Source: a virus (taxonomy: Duplodnaviria > Caudoviricetes). Taken from it: a stretch of 45,062 nucleotides of DNA. Shown here in pieces: positions 1 to 7,117 of this stretch. The position numbers were made by a program, and so were the translations under genes. The stretch covers positions 1 to 45,062 of the IMG/VR virus record IMGVR_UViG_3300038679_000084, one strand, 5' to 3'. The notes beneath the pieces are model-generated. The model saw only the letters and a list, made by a program, of their open reading frames with translations. It did no database searches and was not told the DNA's origin. How positions within the stretch are numbered: position 1 is the first letter of the stretch; every line of letters begins with the position of its first letter.

Positions 1-240
1 TGCTCGACGACATGAAGGCTTTCGTGGACGATGAAGGATAAGTAATAATAGCTTAGACAGTAAAGGATGATAGTTATGTTGCTCGAAGCCAAGTATATCC
101 GCGCGGCATCGCACGTTTCCCTAAAGGAGAAAACCAGGGCTTACCTGGGCGGCGTGTACGTCGAGGTAAACAGGGATTACACATTCTACGTGGCCACGGA
201 TGGTCTCGCTTTGTTCGCGGTCCGGCGAGCTACCTTGGAG
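1..240. repeat. Terminal direct repeat / circular overlap, left copy
   Basis: 1-240 equals 44823-45062 except one base (A113 vs G44935). Confidence 0.95.
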
Positions 241-657
241 CCGTTCGAGCGGCCGATGTACCTCATTATCCCGTCGGACGTTTGCAAGGCCGTGCCCAAG
301 GCTACAAAACGGGAAAGCGACCCACGGGTGGAGCTTACAAATCCTCGGGACCGTTACCAGCTCGGCAACCAGATTTTCGACGCCATCGATGGGGCGTTCC
401 CGGACTGGCGACGAGTGGTGCCACGGGGCGACCTACGGGAGCCGCTATCCGCGCAGGATCCCCGTGTCGCGATTCGCCTGTACAAGGCGGCGGCCGAGCT
501 GGGGATCGGCTACAATCCCTCCCAGTTTGGGTCCGGGAGTGGGAGCCCTATCGTGTACCGCTGGGCGATGCACGAGGATATTCTTGGGCTGTGCATGCCT
601 TGCCGCCAGCCAAGGGACCCAATCTCGACCGTGCCGGATTGGGCGAAAGGAGCTTGA
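76..657 (+). CDS. DNA polymerase III beta-clamp-like partial-domain protein
   Basis: Motifs YLGGVYVE, VATDG and IDGAFPDWRRVVP resemble the DnaN central domain. ATG76 follows an AAGGA RBS; the ORF track starts at 67. Confidence 0.65.
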   Translation: MLLEAKYIRAASHVSLKEKTRAYLGGVYVEVNRDYTFYVATDGLALFAVRRATLEPFERPMYLIIPSDVCKAVPKATKRESDPRVELTNPRDRYQLGNQIFDAIDGAFPDWRRVVPRGDLREPLSAQDPRVAIRLYKAAAELGIGYNPSQFGSGSGSPIVYRWAMHEDILGLCMPCRQPRDPISTVPDWAKGA

Positions 658-658
658 C

Positions 659-877
659 ATGCTGCACCCCGACCTGATTTCCCCCCGTGCGTCGCGCGCC
701 TTGGCGGCGCGCCTCACGGCTCATATCGTGTACGGTCCGCCGGCGCGGCTGGCGCGGCAGGACAAGGCGATTTATCGCCATCGGTGTGAGAGTATGTTGG
801 CGCGGGTCCTTGTGTGCCAGCCGCGATTGCGCCGGACGTATTTTGACTTGGACCACGTTACCCCACCGCTGATCTAG
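659..877 (+). CDS. Hypothetical protein
   Basis: AAGGAG RBS then ATG659 (MLHPDL...), the tail end of track ORF 200..877; packed directly after the upstream stop. Confidence 0.55.
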   Translation: MLHPDLISPRASRALAARLTAHIVYGPPARLARQDKAIYRHRCESMLARVLVCQPRLRRTYFDLDHVTPPLI

Positions 878-886
878 GAGGTCATC

Positions 887-1030
887 ATGAACAAGCAGAA
901 ATTTCCGTGGTTTGTTGTCGTCCTGTTTATCGGCGTCCTGCTGATACAGGCCGGCGTCGCGCTCAAGGTTTTGAATGGCGGCCACGCCCACACGCCCCAC
1001 TATCGGGGATTGCATGGAGACAGTAGATGA
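887..1030 (+). CDS. Small membrane protein (47 aa)
   Basis: AGGAGG RBS; MNKQKFPWFVVVLFIGVLLIQAGVAL has one hydrophobic helix; ATGA overlap with the next gene. Not in the ORF track. Confidence 0.6.
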   Translation: MNKQKFPWFVVVLFIGVLLIQAGVALKVLNGGHAHTPHYRGLHGDSR

Positions 1031-1263
1031 CCCTCGCGTTCCGGACTCGTGACGCCGCGGCACGGCTTATAAAGCTTGCGGACTCTACACGCTATGTTGA
1101 TTGGATAGGGTGCCCGATCGATACCACGAACGTTGACCAACGCAAGATGCTCCAGTTTTTCATTGAGGACGTGGCGCTGATCATGGACCGCGTCTACAAG
1201 GAGGCGGGCATTCCGCAAGACACACGCGCGACCGTGACCCGCTTATTGCGCTACGGCGTTTGA
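1027..1263 (+). CDS. Hypothetical protein
   Basis: GGAG RBS, ATGA coupling to the upstream gene, 78 aa. Confidence 0.6.
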   Translation: MTLAFRTRDAAARLIKLADSTRYVDWIGCPIDTTNVDQRKMLQFFIEDVALIMDRVYKEAGIPQDTRATVTRLLRYGV

Positions 1264-1281
1264 CCGTAAGGAGATACCACG

Positions 1282-1443
1282 ATGCTTGAGTCTATCTTCT
1301 TTATTGCCGCCTGCATCCTGATCCACCGTGCGTATGACCGCGCGCAACGCCGCGCGGAGGCGCGGGAAGCGCGGCATGACGAGCTGCTCGCCCGCTATAT
1401 CCACAACTATAACGTGGAGCGCGGCTATCATGTCGAGGACTGA
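1282..1443 (+). CDS. Small hypothetical protein with hydrophobic N-terminus
   Basis: AAGGAG RBS; MLESIFFIAACILIH...HVED then TGA; below the track length cut-off. Confidence 0.5.
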   Translation: MLESIFFIAACILIHRAYDRAQRRAEAREARHDELLARYIHNYNVERGYHVED

Positions 1444-1630
1444 CGCGAACGAACCCCCCTTCACCTACGACTGGGTCGCCCAGTCGTGCGAGGAAGTGAC
1501 CCGGGCGATCGCCGCGCGCGCCGCCCAGAGGTTCCAGGAATGCCCAACCGACGCTAACCGTGAAGCGCTTGAGGCGGCGTGCGCGCTTTTGGAGCAGTGG
1601 ACAAAGGATCGTTGGCGGAGGACGAGATGA
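1430..1630 (+). CDS. Hypothetical protein
   Basis: ATG1430 (MSRTDANEPP) within track ORF 1328..1630; ATGA overlap with the next gene. Confidence 0.5.
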   Translation: MSRTDANEPPFTYDWVAQSCEEVTRAIAARAAQRFQECPTDANREALEAACALLEQWTKDRWRRTR

Positions 1631-2268
1631 CCACGAGCGTTATGAAAACTACAGGGGATGGCACGCGGGAGTGGCGCTGGCGCGGCCAGCGCCACCGCGA
1701 GGACGGCCCGGCTGTCGAGCGGGCGGATGGCACGCGGGAGTGGCGCTGGCGCGACCAGCGCCACCGCGAGGACGGTCCCGCGATCGAGTGGCCCGACGGC
1801 ACGCGGGAATGGTACTGGCACGACCTGCGCCACCGCGAGGACGGTCCCGCGATCGAGCGGGCGGATGGCACGCGGGAATGGTACTGGCACGACCTGCGCC
1901 ACCGCGAGGACGGTCCCGCGATCGAGCGGGCGGATGGCACGCGGGAATACTGGAGGCACGACCGGCTGCACCGCGGGGACGGCCCCGCGGTCGAGCGCGC
2001 GGATGGCACGCGGGAATGGTGCTGGCATAACCAGCTCCACCGCGAGGACGGCCCGGCTGTCGAGCGGGCGGATGGCAGGCGGGAATGGTACTGGCACAAT
2101 CAGCGCCACCGCGAGGACGGTCCCGCGATCGAGCGGGCGGATGGCACGCGGGAATGGTACTGGCACAACAAGCGCCATCGTGCCGACGGCCCGGTTGTCG
2201 AGTGGCCTGATGGAAGGCTGGAATATTGGCGACACGGCGTGCGCGTGGAAGCGGATGAGGTGGTGTGA
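1627..2268 (+). CDS. HREDGPA-repeat (MORN-variant-like beta-hairpin repeat) protein 1, 8 units
   Basis: 23-aa units HR(E/A/G)DGPA(V/I)E(R/W)(A/P)DGTREWxWxxx; GGAGG RBS; ATGA coupling. Confidence 0.8.
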   Translation: MTTSVMKTTGDGTREWRWRGQRHREDGPAVERADGTREWRWRDQRHREDGPAIEWPDGTREWYWHDLRHREDGPAIERADGTREWYWHDLRHREDGPAIERADGTREYWRHDRLHRGDGPAVERADGTREWCWHNQLHREDGPAVERADGRREWYWHNQRHREDGPAIERADGTREWYWHNKRHRADGPVVEWPDGRLEYWRHGVRVEADEVV

Positions 2269-2633
2269 TGGTCGAGAGCGTCATGTGGGTTACACCGGAT
2301 GGCACGCGGGAATGGTACTGGCATAACCAGCTCCACCGCGCGGACGGCCCGGCTGTCGAGCGGGCGGATGGCAGGTTGGAATGGCGCTGGCACGACCAGC
2401 TGCACCGCGAGGACGGCCCCGCGATCGAGCGGGCGGACGGCACGCGGGAATGGCACTGGCACGACCATCTGCACCGTGAGGACGGCCCTGCTATCGAGCG
2501 GGCGGATGGCCTGCACATATGGTGCTGGCACAACCAGCTCCACCGTGATGACGGTCCCGCGATCGAGTGGCCCAATGGCACGCGGGAATATTGGCGACAC
2601 GGCGTGCTTATATCAGTGGACGAGGTGGGGTGA
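2268..2633 (+). CDS. HREDGPA-repeat protein 2, 4 units
   Basis: TGATG coupling; starts MVESV, ends EYWRHGVLISVDEVG. Confidence 0.8.
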   Translation: MVESVMWVTPDGTREWYWHNQLHRADGPAVERADGRLEWRWHDQLHREDGPAIERADGTREWHWHDHLHREDGPAIERADGLHIWCWHNQLHRDDGPAIEWPNGTREYWRHGVLISVDEVG

Positions 2634-3067
2634 TGGTCGAGAGCGTTATGAAGACCTTAGCGGATGGCACGCGGGAATGGTACTGGCGCGACCAGCGCCA
2701 CCGCGAGGACGGCCCGGCCGGCGAGTGGCCCGATGGCACGCGGGAATGGTACTGGCACGACCAGCTGCACCGCGGGGACGGCCCCGCGGTCGAGCGCGCG
2801 GATGGCACGCGGGACTGGTACTGGCATAACCAGCGCCATCGTGCCGACGGTCCGGCGATCGAGTGGGCGTATGGCGCGCGCATGTGGTACTGGCACGACC
2901 AGCGCCACCGCGAGGACGGCCCGGCTGTTGAGTGGCCCGATGGCACGCGGGAGTGGTACTGGCACGACCTGCGCCACCGCGCGGACGGCCCGGCTGTCGA
3001 GCGGGCGGATGGCGCGCGGGAATGCTGGAGGCACGGCGTGCGCGTGGAAGCGGATGAGGTGGTGTGA
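2633..3067 (+). CDS. HREDGPA-repeat protein 3, 5 units
   Basis: TGATG coupling; starts MVESV; same C-terminus as protein 1 (RHGVRVEADEVV). Confidence 0.8.
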   Translation: MVESVMKTLADGTREWYWRDQRHREDGPAGEWPDGTREWYWHDQLHRGDGPAVERADGTRDWYWHNQRHRADGPAIEWAYGARMWYWHDQRHREDGPAVEWPDGTREWYWHDLRHRADGPAVERADGARECWRHGVRVEADEVV

Positions 3068-3573
3068 TGGTCGAGAGCGTCGTGCGGATTACAATGGATG
3101 GCACGCGGGAATGGTACTGGCGCGACCAGCTGCACCGCGCGGACGGCCCGGCTGTCGAGCGAGCGAGTGGCACGCGGGAATGGTACTGGCATAACCAGCT
3201 CCACCGCGAGGACGGCCCGGCTGTCGAGCGGGCGGATGGCAGGTTGGAATGGCGCTGGCATGATCAGCGCCATCGTGCCGACGGCCCCGCGGTCGAGCGC
3301 GCGGATGGCACGCGCATATGGTACTGGCACGACCTGCGCCACCGCGAGGACGGCCCTGCTATCGAGCGGGCGGATGGCACGCGGGAGTGGTACTGGCACA
3401 ATCAGCGCCACCGCGCGGACGGCCCGGCCGTCGAGTGGCCCGATGGCACGCGCATATGGTACTGGCACGACCAGCTGCACCGCGGGGACGGCCCGGCTAT
3501 CGAGTGTCCTGACGGAAGGCTGGAATATTGGCTGTATGACGCGTTTGTAACAGTGGACGAGGTGACGCGATGA
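3067..3573 (+). CDS. HREDGPA-repeat protein 4, 6 units
   Basis: TGATG coupling; starts MVESV; ATGA overlap with the Tas-like gene. Confidence 0.8.
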   Translation: MVESVVRITMDGTREWYWRDQLHRADGPAVERASGTREWYWHNQLHREDGPAVERADGRLEWRWHDQRHRADGPAVERADGTRIWYWHDLRHREDGPAIERADGTREWYWHNQRHRADGPAVEWPDGTRIWYWHDQLHRGDGPAIECPDGRLEYWLYDAFVTVDEVTR

Positions 3574-4514
3574 CAACCGAGGTACTGGATGACACGATCG
3601 ACGTTTATGATCCGCTGATCAAGCGGCTCGATAAGGACCTGCGGCAGACCGCGAAGGCCTTGGGCACCCCCCAAGCACGGTTGCTCGTGGCGACCTATTA
3701 TATGATGCAGGAGGATCGTAAGCGCGCGCGGGCCCGCCTGGGATCGCGCACGACCGAGAAGCCCATGCGCGTGCTCGAGTGGATGGCGGATCAGTTCGGC
3801 TTACTCGAGAAGCGTATCGTGACCTTGCTCGACTTGTGGTCCGAGCATCACGAAGCCGGGCCTTGGCTGCGGGCGCAAAAGGGGGTCGGCCCCGTGCTCG
3901 CGGCCGGGTTTCTCTCGCTCCTTGACATTGAGCGAGCGAGTACGGCGGGTGCGTTTTGGAAGTTCTGCGGCGTGCCTAGTTCAGGGAAATGGCTCAAGGG
4001 ACAGAAACGTCCGTGGTGCGCGGATGCGCGGCGCTTGTGCTTCTTGGCCGGGCAGAGCTTCATGAAAGTATCCAACCGGGACGATGCGTTCTACGGCGCG
4101 CTCTACAAGCAGCTTAAGGCCGAGGAATGGGAGCGTAACCTTTCCGGCGAGCACGATCGCGTGGGGCGCGTGGATGAGTTCATCGCGCGGTTCAAGCCTG
4201 GCGCACTTACCCCGGACCTGCGCAAGTGGGTGGATGGTGAATTTAATCGGATTGAACCCGCGAGGAAAAGTGATGACGGAGGAGACCTTATTGCGTTGCG
4301 CGGTTTGCGCGATCCTGGCATGGATGGCGTTCGCATGCTTCCTCCTTCTCTTATCCTAAGCCGCGCGCGCTGGCGCGCCGTTACCCTTTTCCTGTCGCAT
4401 CTGCATCAGGTCTGGTATGAGGTTCACTACGGCCGGTCGCCCGCCGAGCCCTACGCGTTCGCGGTTTTAGGCCACGCGCATAAGGTCAACCCGCCCCCAC
4501 CGTGGGTGGGCTAG
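3570..4514 (+). CDS. tasA: TIGR-associated Tas-like protein (Nop / IS110 C-terminal domain, no recognisable nuclease domain; TasA-like)
   Basis: N-terminal coiled coil (ARLLVATYYMMQEDRKR), then WLRAQKGVGPVLAAGFL, AFWKFCG, FYGALYKQLK and ARWRAVTLFLSHL motifs of IS110-Tnp/Nop-like domains. No RuvC/DEDD or HNH domain seen. A dual-repeat array begins at its stop codon. Confidence 0.8.
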   Translation: MTTEVLDDTIDVYDPLIKRLDKDLRQTAKALGTPQARLLVATYYMMQEDRKRARARLGSRTTEKPMRVLEWMADQFGLLEKRIVTLLDLWSEHHEAGPWLRAQKGVGPVLAAGFLSLLDIERASTAGAFWKFCGVPSSGKWLKGQKRPWCADARRLCFLAGQSFMKVSNRDDAFYGALYKQLKAEEWERNLSGEHDRVGRVDEFIARFKPGALTPDLRKWVDGEFNRIEPARKSDDGGDLIALRGLRDPGMDGVRMLPPSLILSRARWRAVTLFLSHLHQVWYEVHYGRSPAEPYAFAVLGHAHKVNPPPPWVG

Positions 4515-4717
4515 CTGGACGAGGAAGACGGTTGGAATTTGTGAACGAGCCGTGTCAACTGATAGTTGCGCAATAAGAACGAGCTAAGCTGCTGGATTGT
4601 TGAAGTGGTAGAACGAGCCGCGCCTGCCAATGGTTACCTAGCAAGAACGAGCTGTCCTGCCCGATGGTTGCGAACCATGAACGAACTGGAACGAGATATA
4701 GTTTAAGGATCGTGAAT
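4513..4717 (+). ncRNA. TIGR-like dual-repeat guide array 1 (6 units, 34-nt period)
   Basis: Edge repeats GAACGAGCY/GAACGAACT at 4543, 4577, 4611, 4645, 4679. Loop repeats GACGGTT, GATAGTT, GATTGTT, AATGGTT, GATGGTT, TATAGTT at 4527, 4561, 4595, 4629, 4663, 4697. Unique 9-nt spacers lie between them (10 nt possible at the two ends). Confidence 0.85.
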
Positions 4718-6551
4718 GCCTGTGCTTGCGCTAGACTTCGAGACTTACTATTCGCCCGATTATACACTGTCGAAAATGACCGCGGAGGAATATGTACGCG
4801 ACGAGCGGTTCGAAGCGCATTGTGTCTCGATTTATGATGGCGCCCGCATGCGAAGCGCGCGGGGAACCGATATCCCCGCGCTCCTCAGCGAGTATGACTG
4901 GCCAACTATCACGCTGATCGCGCATAACGCGGCCTTCGACGGCTTCATCTTGACGGACCGCTATGGGTGCTACCCGGCGCATTACCTTTGCACGATGGGC
5001 GCGGCGCGGTACGTTTGGGGCTCGCATGTGAAGGTTTCGCTTGAGAGCTGCCTGGCACGGCTTGGTATGGCACCCAAGTCCGTTCCGTACTCCTCGATGA
5101 TCGGGAAGCGATGGGCTGATATGCATGGCGCGCTTCAAGATCTTATCGTCGCGGGTTGCGAGCAGGATACGCGACAGACCTGGGCGTTGGCGGGGCGCTT
5201 GGTTCCCCAGGTACCGGACCTCGAGCTATCCATGATCGACATGACGGCGAAGCTCTTCACGGAGCCGCGGCTCGAAGGCGATACGGACGTGCTCCAGGCG
5301 CTCGCGCTTCAAGCGCGGCGCGATCGCGCCGACGCGCGCGCCCGCCTTGGCGTCCCGGAGGGGAAGCCGCTCTCGCAGGCCCAGTTCGTCGCGAAGCTAG
5401 AGGAACTCGGGATTGAACCGGAGTATAAGCAGGGGAAGACTGGGCTTATCTCCGCGACGGCGAAAAAAGACGAGTTCATGCTACGCCTACTCGATGGGTC
5501 GTTTGGCGAGGATGCCGAACTCCTGGCGGAAGCGTTCTGCGCGGCGCGAAGCTCGATTCAAGAGACGCGGGCGGACCGCTATCTCGGCATGGCGCGCCGT
5601 GGACCTCTCCCCGTGGCGCTAACCTATAGGGGGGCTGTATCTGGGCGTTGGACAGGCAAGGGGGGCCGGACGAATTTTCAAAATCTCCCCAGGAATGGCG
5701 ATATCCGCAAGTCGCTGCGCGCGCCCGAGGGCCACGTACTGATCGGCGCCGACCTGTCGCAGATCGAATTGGTGATCAACGCCTACCTCGCGGGCGAGGG
5801 CGCGGTGCTGGACGCGCGGCGCGCGAAGCGCGATGTTTATTGCGAGACGGCGAGCGCGCATTATGGACGGACCATCGTGAAGGGGGGCCTGGAGCGCCAG
5901 ACTTTCAAAGTCGTGTGCCTTGCATCGCAGTTTGGATTGGGCCACAAGACGCTTGCCGTCCTCCTACGCATTCCAGCGGACCAGGCGGCGCCGCTCACAG
6001 ACTCGTGGCGCGCCCGAAATCGGCGTATCTGCGCGTCGTGGCGCCGCGCGGCCTACCTGATCCCCGTACTGGCGGGGCTTGGGAAACCTGAGAAATTCCT
6101 CGGCTGCACCATCGAGCCCGGCCGCGTCGTGTTGCCGTCCGGCAACCAGATGCTCTATGAAGTCGAATGGTCCGATGAACGGAAATCCTGGATGCGGCGC
6201 AAATACGCGGCGCAAAGCTTCTTCACGGGCTGTACGCTCTGCGAGAATATCGTGCAGGGCACGGCGCGAGACGTACTAGCGGTCGCGGTTAAGCGCGTTT
6301 GCCGCGCGACCGGCCTTTATCCCGTGCTCACGACGCACGATGACGCGGTTTGGTGCGTCCCGATCGCGCGCGTGCCCGAGGTGTTGGCCGCCGTGGAGGC
6401 CGCGTTTTCCACAGCGCCCGCCTGGTTGCCGGATTGCCCCATTGATAGCGAAGTAAAGGCGGGAACCGATTATGGACTTACCGGAGACCTGGAATTTTAC
6501 ATACAGCAAGCTGCGGGCCTTCGAGAACTGCCCGAAGGCGTTCCACCATAG
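4716..6551 (+). CDS. DNA polymerase family A with 3'-5' exonuclease
   Basis: ExoI LDFETY, ExoII AHNAAFD, motif A ADLSQIE, motif B RQTFKVVCLASQFG, ENIVQGTARD, motif C THDD. Confidence 0.92.
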   Translation: MPVLALDFETYYSPDYTLSKMTAEEYVRDERFEAHCVSIYDGARMRSARGTDIPALLSEYDWPTITLIAHNAAFDGFILTDRYGCYPAHYLCTMGAARYVWGSHVKVSLESCLARLGMAPKSVPYSSMIGKRWADMHGALQDLIVAGCEQDTRQTWALAGRLVPQVPDLELSMIDMTAKLFTEPRLEGDTDVLQALALQARRDRADARARLGVPEGKPLSQAQFVAKLEELGIEPEYKQGKTGLISATAKKDEFMLRLLDGSFGEDAELLAEAFCAARSSIQETRADRYLGMARRGPLPVALTYRGAVSGRWTGKGGRTNFQNLPRNGDIRKSLRAPEGHVLIGADLSQIELVINAYLAGEGAVLDARRAKRDVYCETASAHYGRTIVKGGLERQTFKVVCLASQFGLGHKTLAVLLRIPADQAAPLTDSWRARNRRICASWRRAAYLIPVLAGLGKPEKFLGCTIEPGRVVLPSGNQMLYEVEWSDERKSWMRRKYAAQSFFTGCTLCENIVQGTARDVLAVAVKRVCRATGLYPVLTTHDDAVWCVPIARVPEVLAAVEAAFSTAPAWLPDCPIDSEVKAGTDYGLTGDLEFYIQQAAGLRELPEGVPP

Positions 6552-7110
6552 GTACGTCGCCAAGGACGTACGCGACGAGCTGGGCGCCGCCGCGCGCCAT
6601 GGCACAGCCGTGCACGCCGCTCTCGAGGCCCGTGTCAAGACTGGAGAAACAAGCGATTTGACCGCACCGCATGAGCCGGTGATTGGGCTGCTGCTTGCAA
6701 CCGCGCCCTGGCAAGCGGAGGTCGAGGTCGCGGTGGATGCTGATTGGGGGGCGGCGGCATGGTCGGGATCCTGGTTGCGCGGCAAGATAGATTTGCACGC
6801 CCATAATGCTTCAACTAATCGTGTTGTGCTGCTCGATTGGAAAACAGGTAAGGTCCGCGAGGATAAGTTCGAGTTGCAGGTTCAGGCCGCGCTTCTCGAA
6901 CCGATCTACCCAGGCGCGACGTTTTCGGGTTTCTACTACTGGTTGAAAACCCAGGCGCCCGGGATGCTCTATTCGCTTGACGTAGGCGCCGCGCGGCGGC
7001 GCGTTTCCGCGCTGGCCGCGAAGGTAGCGGCGTCGGATCCTGACCCAAAGCCCGGCCCTCTCTGTGGGTATTGTCCCGTGACAGCGTGCCGTTTCTGGCG
7101 CCCAGGTTGA
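6472..7110 (+). CDS. Cas4-like / RecB-family PD-(D/E)XK exonuclease
   Basis: N-terminal YSKL..FENCP, GTAVHAALE, GKID, LDWKTG, Q..A motif, C-terminal CGYCP...C (1+3 Cys Fe-S pattern). Confidence 0.85.
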   Translation: MDLPETWNFTYSKLRAFENCPKAFHHRYVAKDVRDELGAAARHGTAVHAALEARVKTGETSDLTAPHEPVIGLLLATAPWQAEVEVAVDADWGAAAWSGSWLRGKIDLHAHNASTNRVVLLDWKTGKVREDKFELQVQAALLEPIYPGATFSGFYYWLKTQAPGMLYSLDVGAARRRVSALAAKVAASDPDPKPGPLCGYCPVTACRFWRPG

Positions 7111-7117
7111 AAACCTG

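Larger units (their letters stand above)
1655..3530. repeat. Coding 69-bp tandem repeat cluster (23 units over four genes); ends approximate
   Basis: Recurring CACCGCGAGGACGGCCCGGCTGTCGAGCGGGCGGATGGCACGCGGGAATGGTACTGG-like units. Confidence 0.9.

Noticed and set aside
1-240. Biological terminal repeat of the virion DNA
   Set aside because: The repeat starts and ends inside genes, which fits an assembly circularisation overlap better; read data are needed to define the true termini.
1243-1251. Self-target for array 1 unit 2 (TTATTGCGC = revcomp of spacer B)
   Set aside because: Flanking bases do not match spacer A; an isolated 9-mer hit is expected by chance.
1627-3573. Diversity-generating retroelement template/variable repeats
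   Set aside because: No reverse transcriptase ORF in the window; all copies are coding and the differences are not evidently adenine-restricted.
3570-4514. Active IS110/IS1111 transposase insertion
   Set aside because: It lacks the N-terminal DEDD RuvC-like domain, is translationally coupled into the phage operon, and is followed by a periodic dual-repeat array rather than IS ends.
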